Origin: Candidatus Latescibacterota bacterium
Lineage (GTDB): Bacteria; Latescibacterota; UBA2968; UBA8231
Assembly: GCA_965203175.1 (NCBI GenBank)
Contig: OZ241867.1
Span: 416,001-480,000, forward strand
DNA: 64,000 nt
Direction of reading: 5' to 3'
Shown here: piece by piece, positions 47,341 to 56,026 of the stretch
How positions within the stretch are numbered: the first letter of the stretch is position 1
Layout: each line of letters opens with the position of its first letter
Made by a program: the position numbers and the translations under genes
Notes under the pieces: generated by a model
The model's database searches: none
Told to the model about the DNA's origin: nothing
The model's input: the letters and a program-made list of their open reading frames with translations, nothing else

Positions 47341-48975
47341 CTACTTGAGCAGCAGCATCTTCTTGGTTTCGAGGAACTCACCGCCCGCCGCCAAGCGGTA
47401 AAAATACATTCCCGAGGACAAACTATGCCCATTGTCGTTGGTCGCGTCCCACTCCACCGCGTAGCGACCCGCGCTCTGATGCTCAGCAACCAGCGTCCGA
47501 ACCGGCTGACCGAGGACGTTATAGACCATCAGTTCCACGTCCGCCGCCTGCGGCAGTGAATACTTGATCGTCGTCGCCGGGTTGAATGGGTTCGGATAGT
47601 TGCTCGCCAACGCGAACACCGCCGGACGCGTCTGCACCTGTACTGGTACCGGCAGCGCCAAGCGGTTGAAGCCAAACGCGCTGTCATACGTCTGGTTGTC
47701 GGTGATCTCGATGACCGTATGCTCGATCTCCGTCGTCGGACGGAACACCAAGCTCAGCGCCAACTCGCCGTCGAAGACCAGGTCCCCGTAGGCGACCAGC
47801 GCCAATTTGCCTTCTTCGTCGCTCAGCACCTGCGGCGCAGCCAACGCGCTGCCACCTAACGGCTGATCGGTCAGCACCTCGACGAACTCCAGCTTGTCGG
47901 CCTCATACTGAACCTGCAAGCCATAGCCCTTGATCGCGGCAAAGTCCGCCAAGCGCACGTCGAGGACAAAGTCCTCACCCACGCTCGGCAGCGCCGTCCG
48001 CGCATCCAGATACACCCGCGCATCCGCATTCAGGCCGGCGAACATGGGCACGCGCTTGCCCGCCGCAGCCGTGCTGCGATTAAAGTTGTCGGCAAAGACG
48101 AAGAAATCGTCAAAGTCAATCGTCGCGCTCGGTGCTAGGTCGAACGCCGGATCAAACCCGGCGTCTTCTGCGGTCAAACCGAAGCTGTCAGCGAAGATGA
48201 AGAAGTCGTCGAAACCGATGCGGTTGTCAGTACCGAACAGGCCGAACAGCGCGCGACCTTCGCCATCTACCGCGAGGTTGCGGACAGCCATCGCCGTCTG
48301 CTCGATATCGGAACCCGTCTCGTTGTCCAAGGTGTAGGGCCGCACCTGATAGGTGTAGCGCACGCCGTTGAGCGCCGTCGCATCGACAAAGGACGTAACA
48401 CCTGCATCGACCTGCGCGATCCTGGTGAACTCATCTTCGCCCGCCGCGCGGCGATAGATGTTGTAGCCATAGACGCCGACGACCGGCTCCGCTGCAGCCG
48501 GGCCGACAGCTCCAGCAACAACCCCCTGCAAGAGCCGGTCCGACGGCGAAAGTGTCCACGTCAGGACGATGCGGCTGCCTTGATCGTTGGGCGCATCCAA
48601 CACGCTGAGCGACGGCACAGCTTCCAGAGGCGGCAGCACCACCTCAATGCTGAACGGCAGCGACGCACTGGCATTGGCACCATCTGTCACGGTGTATGTG
48701 TACTCCGCGATAGAAGTCACCACCAGCGGCGTACCCGAGATCGTTCGCGTGGCCGCGTCAAATGTCAAGCCCACAGGCAGAGCTGGCGCGAGGCTGTAGG
48801 TAAACGGCGGCGTGCCGCCGGTAACTTCCGGCAGCATCCCTGGCTCAATCGCCGTACCAACCTCATACGTCAGGATTCCAACCTCGCGTTCATCGGCCAA
48901 AGCAGTATGAGCACCGAGAAAGAGACCGCTTGCTAGAAGGACTAGCAAGCCAACAGTTGATAACATTCGCTGCAT
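47341..48975 (-). CDS. Secreted protein: He_PIG-like Ig + FN3-like + dockerin/EF-hand-like + cohesin-like + FlgD-Ig/T9SS-like CTD (paralog C, 544 aa)
   Basis: Signal peptide ALA|D; 'DAPNDQG..I.LTW...GYNIYR...F.D......YTYQV' (FN3); twin 'FDDFF.FAD.F' motifs; 'VGEDF.LDV...GY...VQY....LEF' (cohesin-like); CTD. Confidence 0.82.
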   Translation of the reverse strand: MQRMLSTVGLLVLLASGLFLGAHTALADEREVGILTYEVGTAIEPGMLPEVTGGTPPFTYSLAPALPVGLTFDAATRTISGTPLVVTSIAEYTYTVTDGANASASLPFSIEVVLPPLEAVPSLSVLDAPNDQGSRIVLTWTLSPSDRLLQGVVAGAVGPAAAEPVVGVYGYNIYRRAAGEDEFTRIAQVDAGVTSFVDATALNGVRYTYQVRPYTLDNETGSDIEQTAMAVRNLAVDGEGRALFGLFGTDNRIGFDDFFIFADSFGLTAEDAGFDPAFDLAPSATIDFDDFFVFADNFNRSTAAAGKRVPMFAGLNADARVYLDARTALPSVGEDFVLDVRLADFAAIKGYGLQVQYEADKLEFVEVLTDQPLGGSALAAPQVLSDEEGKLALVAYGDLVFDGELALSLVFRPTTEIEHTVIEITDNQTYDSAFGFNRLALPVPVQVQTRPAVFALASNYPNPFNPATTIKYSLPQAADVELMVYNVLGQPVRTLVAEHQSAGRYAVEWDATNDNGHSLSSGMYFYRLAAGGEFLETKKMLLLK

Positions 48976-49142
48976 GGTTTTCTCCTCAATTTAATGTTAG
49001 CGGGCTCTTGCTCGACGAAGCGCACCAGCAAGCGCTTGGCTCTTGACGGCTGCCCTAAACTATTTCCTTATTTTTGATTCTTATTAATATCTCATCAATA
49101 AAGATAATAATCACAAGCACTTTTTCGCAATCTGAGAGTATC

Positions 49143-49988
49143 ATGATAATCGACGTCCACAGCCACGCTTGGCAATATCCCGAGCATTTCACCGACCAAT
49201 TCCGCCAACAAGCTACCCAAGTAGCCAAAGCCAACGAGTCCCTCGACTTAACCGTGACTTATGCCGCCTATCGCGCGGGTGCGCAAAACTGCGACAAGAC
49301 CATCGTCTTCGGCGGCAAGGCCCGGCGTTCCGGCGTCTGGGTTGACGACCGCTATGTCGCCGATTACGTCGCCGCCCACCCGGAAGCACTCATTGGCTTC
49401 CTCTCGCTGGACCCCACTCAAGACGGCTGGGAGCAAGAAATGGCCTACGGGCACCAAGAACTCGGCCTCAAGGGAATCAAGCTGCTCTCCATGTACGCTG
49501 GCTTCTATCCACACGACCAAAGCCTCAACCCGCTGTGGCACTACGCCGCCGAGCACGACCTGCCCGTGCTGTTGCACACCGGCACCACCTTTGTCGCCCA
49601 AGCCCCGATCGACTGCACCTTGCCGCGCCATCTCGACCCAGTGGCCATCCGCTTCCCAGAGGTCAAGATCATCATGGCCCATCTAGCGCACCCCTACGAG
49701 GGCGAGTGCGTAGCCGTCATCCGCAAACATCCCAACGTGTACGCCGACGTCAGCGCCCTCCACTATCGGCCTTTCCAACTCTACCACAGCCTGATGCTGG
49801 TGCAGGAATACGGCGTCTGGCACAAGTTGCTCTTTGGCAGCGACTATCCCTTTACGACGATCGACGCCTCTATTGAAGGTCTGTCCGGATTGAACAAAAT
49901 GCTCGATGGCACGGCCCTACCGCGCTTGGACGAACGCGAAATCGACGCCTTAATCCACCGCGACAGCCTCGACATTTTAGGGCTTTAA
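49143..49988 (+). CDS. Amidohydrolase_2 family metal-dependent hydrolase/decarboxylase
   Basis: IIDVHSH, GIKL, LLHTG, IIMAH, LFGSDYP. Confidence 0.9.
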   Translation: MIIDVHSHAWQYPEHFTDQFRQQATQVAKANESLDLTVTYAAYRAGAQNCDKTIVFGGKARRSGVWVDDRYVADYVAAHPEALIGFLSLDPTQDGWEQEMAYGHQELGLKGIKLLSMYAGFYPHDQSLNPLWHYAAEHDLPVLLHTGTTFVAQAPIDCTLPRHLDPVAIRFPEVKIIMAHLAHPYEGECVAVIRKHPNVYADVSALHYRPFQLYHSLMLVQEYGVWHKLLFGSDYPFTTIDASIEGLSGLNKMLDGTALPRLDEREIDALIHRDSLDILGL

Positions 49989-50065
49989 AACTTGCGTCAG
50001 CCCGCTTTTTCTCTTACATCCTATTCTATCCCACACATCCCTCCCCTCCCCAAAGGAGTCGCTCT

Positions 50066-52090
50066 ATGAAGCGCTTACTTGTCAGTGCGTTGTCCCTCTT
50101 CCTCGTCAGCGCACCGGTGGCGGCTGATGACGAAGCGGATGAAAGGGACGTCTATGAAATGGGCGAGATGATCATCACCGGCTCCAAGCTGCCGCAGACG
50201 CCGGGGAATGTGACTCAGAAAATCTCCATTATCACCGCCGATGAGATGGGCTCCTTAGTCCTTGGCAACGGCAATCTAGCGGAGATGCTCTCGTACACCC
50301 CGGGCAACTTCGCCAACGTCCTCTCCCGCAACGACGCCAACTGGGGGTCGTCTGGCGGCTTGGCGCACACCTACAAGGGGTACATGCTCGACGGCCTGCC
50401 GATTGACGCCTTCGTCGATCTCCAGAGTCTCGACCCGTGGGCCTTCCAACGGGTCGAAGACCAGCGCGGCTCAGCCTCGGTGCTCTATCCGACCTATTTG
50501 GCCATGGACTTCGCCGGCAATCAGTCGCCATTGGCCGGGACGGCCAACTTTATCCTCAAGGAGCGCGTCGGGAGCACCCGCACCAGTGCCTCGGCTTATT
50601 ACGGATCCTACAACACCCTCGGCGGCCGCTTCTTCCACCAGCGCGCCGCCGGCAACTTGCACCTCTTCTTCGGGGGGCACCACGAGGACTCGGACTACAC
50701 CGACTACGGCACCGAAGGCTCGTGGCTACAGATGGATGACGACCCCGAGTACGAGAAAACCAAGATGTACATGCGGGGCACTTACTTCCTCGACGACCAC
50801 GGCCAGCGGGCCTCCATCTACGCCCACCGCACTTGGCACACCGGCGACGCCGGCCGCATCAACCGGGACTTCGGCCACACCTACACCACCCTGAACGCCG
50901 GGTACACCAACCCGTTCGCCGACAAGGCCACCCTCCAAGCCAAGGTCGGCTACCGCGACTACGTGCGCCGCTGGGAGGAGGATGGCATCTGGGAGGATCC
51001 CAAAAGCCGCGAACTGCGCTCGGAGGACGGGGTTGACCAGTCCGTCATGCCAGCCGATGTCTCCCTCTCCATTATCACCCGGGAGTCGGATGTTCTCACC
51101 GTGGGTGCCGATTACCAGCTCGCCTCGTACGCGACCTCGCGCGAGACTGGCGAGATAAGCCCCGGCAACGACGCCACGGCCACGGCCATTGGCTTCTACG
51201 CCCAAGAGGAATTGCGGATGAATCAACTGATTCTCCGCGCTGGGGGACGCTACAACATCATTTCCCACGACATCGACCTGTTGCAGGGCGCTCCTCCCGG
51301 CGACGACAACAACTCTTGGAACAAGGTCCTGTTCAGCGGCGGGGCGCGCTACAACCACAGCGACGATCTCGCGGTGTACGCCAACCTAGGCACCAGTTTC
51401 AAGGCCCCTTCCCTCAAATCGGTGGGTGGCACCATCCCCTTGGCAAGCAAGGGGGACAGCACGGTCAGCGGCCATGTCCCGAATCCGGACATCAAACCAG
51501 AGTCCGGGACCAGCTTCGACGTAGGGGTGAATCTCCGGCCGAGCGATGGCTTACAGGTCGGCCTGCGCGGCTTCAATATCCTGCTCGCGGACCAGATCGC
51601 GCAGCGGGCCGTACCCGATGCACCCCAGTCCGAGGACATCAACGCCGGCAACACCACGACGCGCGGTGCGGAAGTCGAGATCACCCACCGCCTCAACGAG
51701 CAAGTGGAGTGGTTTGCCAACTACACCTATACCAGTGCCGAAGTGACCGAGAACACCGAAGATCCGAGCAAGGTCGGCGCTAAGATCAACTTCGTGCCAG
51801 AAAGCGCGATTGGCGTCGGGGTGCATCTCACCTTTCCACAGGGCTTGCAGGCGACGGTCACGGCGCAGTCCTACAGCGGCATCTACCAAGACATCAGCAA
51901 AGACGCCGAGACCCTCGACGGCTACATCCTAGTGAACGCCCGCCTCGAGCAGCGCGTCCGCACCCAAGACGGATACGACCTGAGTCTCTATCTCGAACCG
52001 TACAATATCACCAACCAGACCTTTGAGATGCCGTGGGGTTTTCAGGATCCCGGCTTCTCAGCCAACGGCGGCCTAATGGTCTCCTTCTAG
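50066..52090 (+). CDS. TonB-dependent outer-membrane receptor (cobalamin/metal-chelate type)
   Basis: Signal peptide; TonB-box-like EMIITG; plug LDGLP...RVE..RG..S.LY; NPD.KPE; C-terminal Phe; RBS AAGGAG. Confidence 0.9.
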   Translation: MKRLLVSALSLFLVSAPVAADDEADERDVYEMGEMIITGSKLPQTPGNVTQKISIITADEMGSLVLGNGNLAEMLSYTPGNFANVLSRNDANWGSSGGLAHTYKGYMLDGLPIDAFVDLQSLDPWAFQRVEDQRGSASVLYPTYLAMDFAGNQSPLAGTANFILKERVGSTRTSASAYYGSYNTLGGRFFHQRAAGNLHLFFGGHHEDSDYTDYGTEGSWLQMDDDPEYEKTKMYMRGTYFLDDHGQRASIYAHRTWHTGDAGRINRDFGHTYTTLNAGYTNPFADKATLQAKVGYRDYVRRWEEDGIWEDPKSRELRSEDGVDQSVMPADVSLSIITRESDVLTVGADYQLASYATSRETGEISPGNDATATAIGFYAQEELRMNQLILRAGGRYNIISHDIDLLQGAPPGDDNNSWNKVLFSGGARYNHSDDLAVYANLGTSFKAPSLKSVGGTIPLASKGDSTVSGHVPNPDIKPESGTSFDVGVNLRPSDGLQVGLRGFNILLADQIAQRAVPDAPQSEDINAGNTTTRGAEVEITHRLNEQVEWFANYTYTSAEVTENTEDPSKVGAKINFVPESAIGVGVHLTFPQGLQATVTAQSYSGIYQDISKDAETLDGYILVNARLEQRVRTQDGYDLSLYLEPYNITNQTFEMPWGFQDPGFSANGGLMVSF

Positions 52091-52101
52091 CATCACAACC
52101 A

Positions 52102-52134
52102 CCGCAGGGGCGTCCACAAGAGACGCCCCTGCGG
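52102..52134. repeat. Intergenic stem-loop (REP-like / mRNA-stabilising) between the receptor and the binding protein
   Basis: CCGCAGGGGCGTC-CACAAGA-GACGCCCCTGCGG: perfect 13-bp stem, no U-tract. Confidence 0.7.
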
Positions 52135-52148
52135 CACGGCCCCAACTG

Positions 52149-53165
52149 ATGTCTATCTTCCTAATTCTCACCCTCCTGCTCTCCGGAGCTCCAGCGCTCG
52201 CAGAGGGCGTGGCGGCCACCGACTTCCGCGGTCAACGCATCGAACTGGACAAGCCGGCCGAGCGCATCGTCTGCCTGCTCGAAAGTGCCCTCACCGGTCT
52301 GTATATGCTCGGGGCTGAGTCGCGTCTCGTCGGCATTTCGACCAATATCTACCAAGAGAGCGTCTTTGCGTACTACGCGGCTATGGACGAACGCATCCGC
52401 GAGCGCACCCTGCCGACGCCGGGCAACTGGGACTTCGTCAATATAGAGAGCGTAGTGGCCCTGCAGCCGGACCTAGTCATCATCCGGTCGGCTCAGGAGG
52501 AGTCCATCGCCGCTCTCGAAGAGAAGGGGATCCCGGTCTTCGGAGTCTATATCGAGCGCTTTGCGGACATTCACCGCGAGATCGCCGCCCTCGGCGAACT
52601 GACCGGCACCCAAGAGCGAGCTGCCGAACTCCTCGCCATTGCCCAGGATGAGTTGGAAGCGGTGCAGCGCAAGACCACCCTCGGCGCAGGAGAAGCTAAG
52701 CCGCGCGTGTACTTCATGTGGGACCAAGGGCCGCTGGAGACAGCCGGTCGCAACAGCACCGTGCAAGATCTACTTGATCTGGCTGGAGGAATCAATGTGT
52801 CGGGCGGCAGCGAGCTAGAGCACCTCGTCGTCAATCTCGAAAACGTCCTCGTTTGGAATCCAGAGCTAATCGTCATGTGGTGCAACGACCGGCTCGATGC
52901 CGAGGACATCGGCGAGCTGTCCGGCTGGCGCTCGCTTGCGGCCGTGCGCAACGGGCGGGTGCGGGAACTGCCCGATCCCTTTTCGTGCGACTTCTGGACC
53001 CTCAAATACATCTTCACCGTCGATCTCGTCGCCCGCTGGTGCCATCCAGATCGCTTTTCCGCAAAAGACCTAGAAGAACTGCGGGCTGACCTACTAAACA
53101 AGCTGTACGGGGGGCGGCTCGGCGAGCTACCGTCTATCTCATACGGGACGGGAGACGGCCCGTGA
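52149..53165 (+). CDS. ABC transporter periplasmic binding protein (BtuF/FepB class III)
   Basis: D..G..I.L.KPAERIV.L, N.E.V.AL.PDLVI, AGG.N, E.V..WNP..I, AVRNGRV. Confidence 0.9.
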   Translation: MSIFLILTLLLSGAPALAEGVAATDFRGQRIELDKPAERIVCLLESALTGLYMLGAESRLVGISTNIYQESVFAYYAAMDERIRERTLPTPGNWDFVNIESVVALQPDLVIIRSAQEESIAALEEKGIPVFGVYIERFADIHREIAALGELTGTQERAAELLAIAQDELEAVQRKTTLGAGEAKPRVYFMWDQGPLETAGRNSTVQDLLDLAGGINVSGGSELEHLVVNLENVLVWNPELIVMWCNDRLDAEDIGELSGWRSLAAVRNGRVRELPDPFSCDFWTLKYIFTVDLVARWCHPDRFSAKDLEELRADLLNKLYGGRLGELPSISYGTGDGP

Positions 53166-54169
53166 ATAACGCGTTCCGCCGCCGCCTTATTTACATCCTG
53201 CCACTTCCGGTACTCTTCGGCTCCCTGCTGCTCGGCCCCTCGGCCAGCGCCGAGGCAGAGCATATTCTCGTCTGGCTCTACGGCTTGCTCTTTAGCACGG
53301 CAGCCGCCGGGAGCGAAGAGTCGCTGGTGGGGACAATCGTATGGGAGGTGCGCCTGCCGCGCATCCTCCTCACCTTTCTGGTGGGGGGTGCCTTAGCCGC
53401 ATCCGGCAACGCCTTGCAGGCGCTGTTCCGCAATCCCCTCGTGGCCCCCTACATCCTCGGGCTTTCCTCCGGTGCCGCTTTTGGCGCAGCTATGGCCCTA
53501 GTTCTGCCGTTTCTTCCGGTCCAACCAACGGCCTTCGGCTTTGGCTTGTTCGCCGTGGGCTTGGCTTACTTCCTAGCCCGCACTCGCAAGACCGTGTCGG
53601 TGGTCTCCCTCATTCTCTCGGGAGTGATCGTCACCGGGATCTTCACCGCTCTGCTGACCATCGTCCAGTTTCTCTCCGATCCCTACAAACTACAGACCAT
53701 CGTCCACTGGACCATGGGCAACCTGCACAATTCGAGCTGGGCCAAGCTGAACTCCGCAGCCCCGGGGATAGGCATCGGCGTGATCTGGCTCTTCCTCTTT
53801 CGCTGGCGCATGAACGTGCTGGCTCAAGGCGACGAAGAAGCGCGCGCGGTCGGCCTAAACCCAGAGCGGGAGCGGGTACTGATTCTCATTCCGGCAACCC
53901 TGGCCGCTTCGGCGGCGATTGCCGTGGCCGGCGTCATCGGCATGATTGGCCTCGCCGTACCGCACATGGTGCGCATGATGCTAGGACCGGACAACCGCCA
54001 CACCCTGCCGGCCTCCTTTACCTTTGGCGGAGCCTTTCTGCTGCTAGTTGATACCTGCTCGCGCACGTTGGCCTCCTTTGAGATTCCGGTCGGGGTCTTC
54101 ACTACCCTGCTCGGCGGGCCGTTCTTCATCTTCCTCCTCAAAAAGGCGCAGATCGGATGGGAGACTTAG
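53162..54169 (+). CDS. FecCD/BtuC family ABC permease
   Basis: RLPR, Q.LFRNPL..P.ILG.SSGA, G.IG.IGL..PH, EIPVG..T...G.PFF. Confidence 0.93.
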   Translation: MNNAFRRRLIYILPLPVLFGSLLLGPSASAEAEHILVWLYGLLFSTAAAGSEESLVGTIVWEVRLPRILLTFLVGGALAASGNALQALFRNPLVAPYILGLSSGAAFGAAMALVLPFLPVQPTAFGFGLFAVGLAYFLARTRKTVSVVSLILSGVIVTGIFTALLTIVQFLSDPYKLQTIVHWTMGNLHNSSWAKLNSAAPGIGIGVIWLFLFRWRMNVLAQGDEEARAVGLNPERERVLILIPATLAASAAIAVAGVIGMIGLAVPHMVRMMLGPDNRHTLPASFTFGGAFLLLVDTCSRTLASFEIPVGVFTTLLGGPFFIFLLKKAQIGWET

Positions 54170-54930
54170 CACCGGCCATCCAAGTAGAGAATCTCTCCTT
54201 TGCCTACGAAGAGAGGCCGATCCTCAACGACATCTCGCTGGAAATCCCGGCGGGGCAATTCACCGTCCTGCTCGGCAAGAACGGCAGCGGCAAATCGACA
54301 CTCATGCGCATTCTCTGCGGTTTCCTCGACTTTGAACGCGGCAAAGTGCATATCATGGGGGAGGAGATCCGCTCCTTTTCGTCCCGGCGGCGGGCCCGCG
54401 TCCTCGGCTACCTGCCCCAGCACCACCGGCCGGTTTTCCCCTTTTCCGTGCAGGACGTAGTCCTAACTGGCCGCGCCAGCTACGTCACCTATGTCCCCAA
54501 GCAGGAGGACCTAGAGATCAGCATCGCAGCGCTGGAACGGGTCGGCATCATCCACCTGAAGGAACGTCCCTTTACCGAATTGTCGGGGGGAGAGCAACAA
54601 CTCGTCCGCATCGCCCAGGTTCTGGCCCAGCAGCCCCGTCTCATCCTCCTCGACGAGCCGAGTTCGCATCTCGACTTTCTCAACCAAGCGCACCTGCTGC
54701 GCCTAATCCGCGAGTTGGTCGATGCCGACCTCACCGTCCTCGCCGTCCTGCACGACCCCAACAGCGCCTTCCTGTATGGGGATCACTTCATTTTCCTCAA
54801 AGATGGTGCAGTGGAGCGGCTGTCAGCGGCCGAGCGGCCGTGGGACCGCGACTTTCTGGAGCGGATCTACGACACTAAAATGGATTCAATCCCCTACGGC
54901 GACCGCGCCTTCGTGGTGACGAAGGGGTGA
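54157..54930 (+). CDS. ABC ATP-binding protein (FepC/BtuD class)
   Basis: GKNGSGKST, LSGGEQQ, LLDEP..HLD, LHD.N. Confidence 0.93.
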   Translation: MGDLAPAIQVENLSFAYEERPILNDISLEIPAGQFTVLLGKNGSGKSTLMRILCGFLDFERGKVHIMGEEIRSFSSRRRARVLGYLPQHHRPVFPFSVQDVVLTGRASYVTYVPKQEDLEISIAALERVGIIHLKERPFTELSGGEQQLVRIAQVLAQQPRLILLDEPSSHLDFLNQAHLLRLIRELVDADLTVLAVLHDPNSAFLYGDHFIFLKDGAVERLSAAERPWDRDFLERIYDTKMDSIPYGDRAFVVTKG

Positions 54931-54935
54931 GCAGT

Positions 54936-56012
54936 TCAGCCGCTGTGCAGAACTATATCGCGGTCGTCGCCGCGCAGAGGCAACTCGACCCAAGCACCAT
55001 CAGCACGGTGGGAGGCGTGAAAGGCAATGATCGCCTCTAGGGTACGCACGGCTTCTCTCACATCATAGGAGAAAGGTCCCTCCCCGTCGAGCCAATTGAC
55101 AATCTCGACTACGGCGCGATCCATGCCGCTGTCGGGCGAGTCGTCGGGCAGGAACTCGCGGTCGTCGCCGCGCACAATCTCAATGTCGCGGTTGCGGCAG
55201 ATGGCGTAGCCCTCGGTACCGTGGAAGCGATGGCGCGGTGGCGCAGTGCCGTAGTCAGCAGCGTCAACCATGCAGATCAAGTCGCCCTGCGGCGCGCCAT
55301 CGGCCGCGGGCAAATCGCGTCCAAGTCGTAGCAAGCCCCAACCGCCGGGATCGGTAAAGGCGGTGCCTCGGCAGTCGGGTTTCCCCGATAGGTCGAGGGT
55401 GCCGGAGACAGCGGTCACCGGCAGGCCGGTGGCCATCTGCACGGCGTCGATCATGTGCGTGCCGACGTTGCCGAGACGGCCAGAGGTCCACTGGAGCGAG
55501 GCCGAGGTCAACGTGCCGAGCGCACCAGCGGCGATGCGGTCGCGCAGCCCTCGATAGCCGGGGTGGAAACGCAGGTTGTGGTTGATGACGAGCAGAGCAT
55601 CGGCCTCGTTACAGGCGGACAACATGCCCTCGGCCTCGGCGACTGTCGCCGCAATGGGCTTTTCGCAGTAGATGGCACGGGCACCGGCTTCTACTGCCGC
55701 TTGGGTGATCTCGGCGTGAACGGGGGTGTATGTGGCGATCGAGAGGATGTCGAGGGGAGCGGCTGCGCGGAGCATCTCGCGCCAGTCGGCGAACGCGGGC
55801 ACGCTGTAGCGCGCGTGGAAGCGCTCGCGCCGCCCATCGTCGCGGCTGCTACCAGCGACTAAATCGACCCGGTCGTGATTGCACAGTGCCCCTACGTGCG
55901 TGCCGTCGAGGTCCTCGACCAGCTGGCCAAGGGCATCGCCCGAGACCTGGTCCGCACCCCCGATAAAACCCAATCCCACGATTGCTGCACGATATCTCGT
56001 TTCTCCTGCCAT
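54936..56012 (-). CDS. Gfo/Idh/MocA family oxidoreductase
   Basis: IVGLGFIG, YCEKP, NH..R, GTH..D; ATG at 56012 with GGAG RBS. Confidence 0.88.
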   Translation of the reverse strand: MAGETRYRAAIVGLGFIGGADQVSGDALGQLVEDLDGTHVGALCNHDRVDLVAGSSRDDGRRERFHARYSVPAFADWREMLRAAAPLDILSIATYTPVHAEITQAAVEAGARAIYCEKPIAATVAEAEGMLSACNEADALLVINHNLRFHPGYRGLRDRIAAGALGTLTSASLQWTSGRLGNVGTHMIDAVQMATGLPVTAVSGTLDLSGKPDCRGTAFTDPGGWGLLRLGRDLPAADGAPQGDLICMVDAADYGTAPPRHRFHGTEGYAICRNRDIEIVRGDDREFLPDDSPDSGMDRAVVEIVNWLDGEGPFSYDVREAVRTLEAIIAFHASHRADGAWVELPLRGDDRDIVLHSG

Positions 56013-56026
56013 GGTAATTTCTCCTA

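Noticed and set aside
29163-47634. Repeated CTD segments as DGR template/variable repeats
   Set aside because: No reverse transcriptase in the window, all copies are in-frame coding ends, and the differences are not visibly adenine-specific.
29247-48936. Numerous plus-strand ORFs (60-336 aa) over the surface-protein genes, several repeated
   Set aside because: Antisense shadows of Thr/Val/Asp/Ala-rich repetitive coding sequence. They repeat because the sense genes repeat, and they have no RBS or domain signal.
49070-49120. Fur box in the AT-rich divergent promoter (AGATAATAATCACAA)
   Set aside because: Only one half-site matches well, which is expected by chance in AT-rich DNA; not supportable without a regulon model.
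49989-50065. Cobalamin riboswitch upstream of the TonB receptor
   Set aside because: Region is too short, pyrimidine-rich and lacks the B12-box/GGGAA core.
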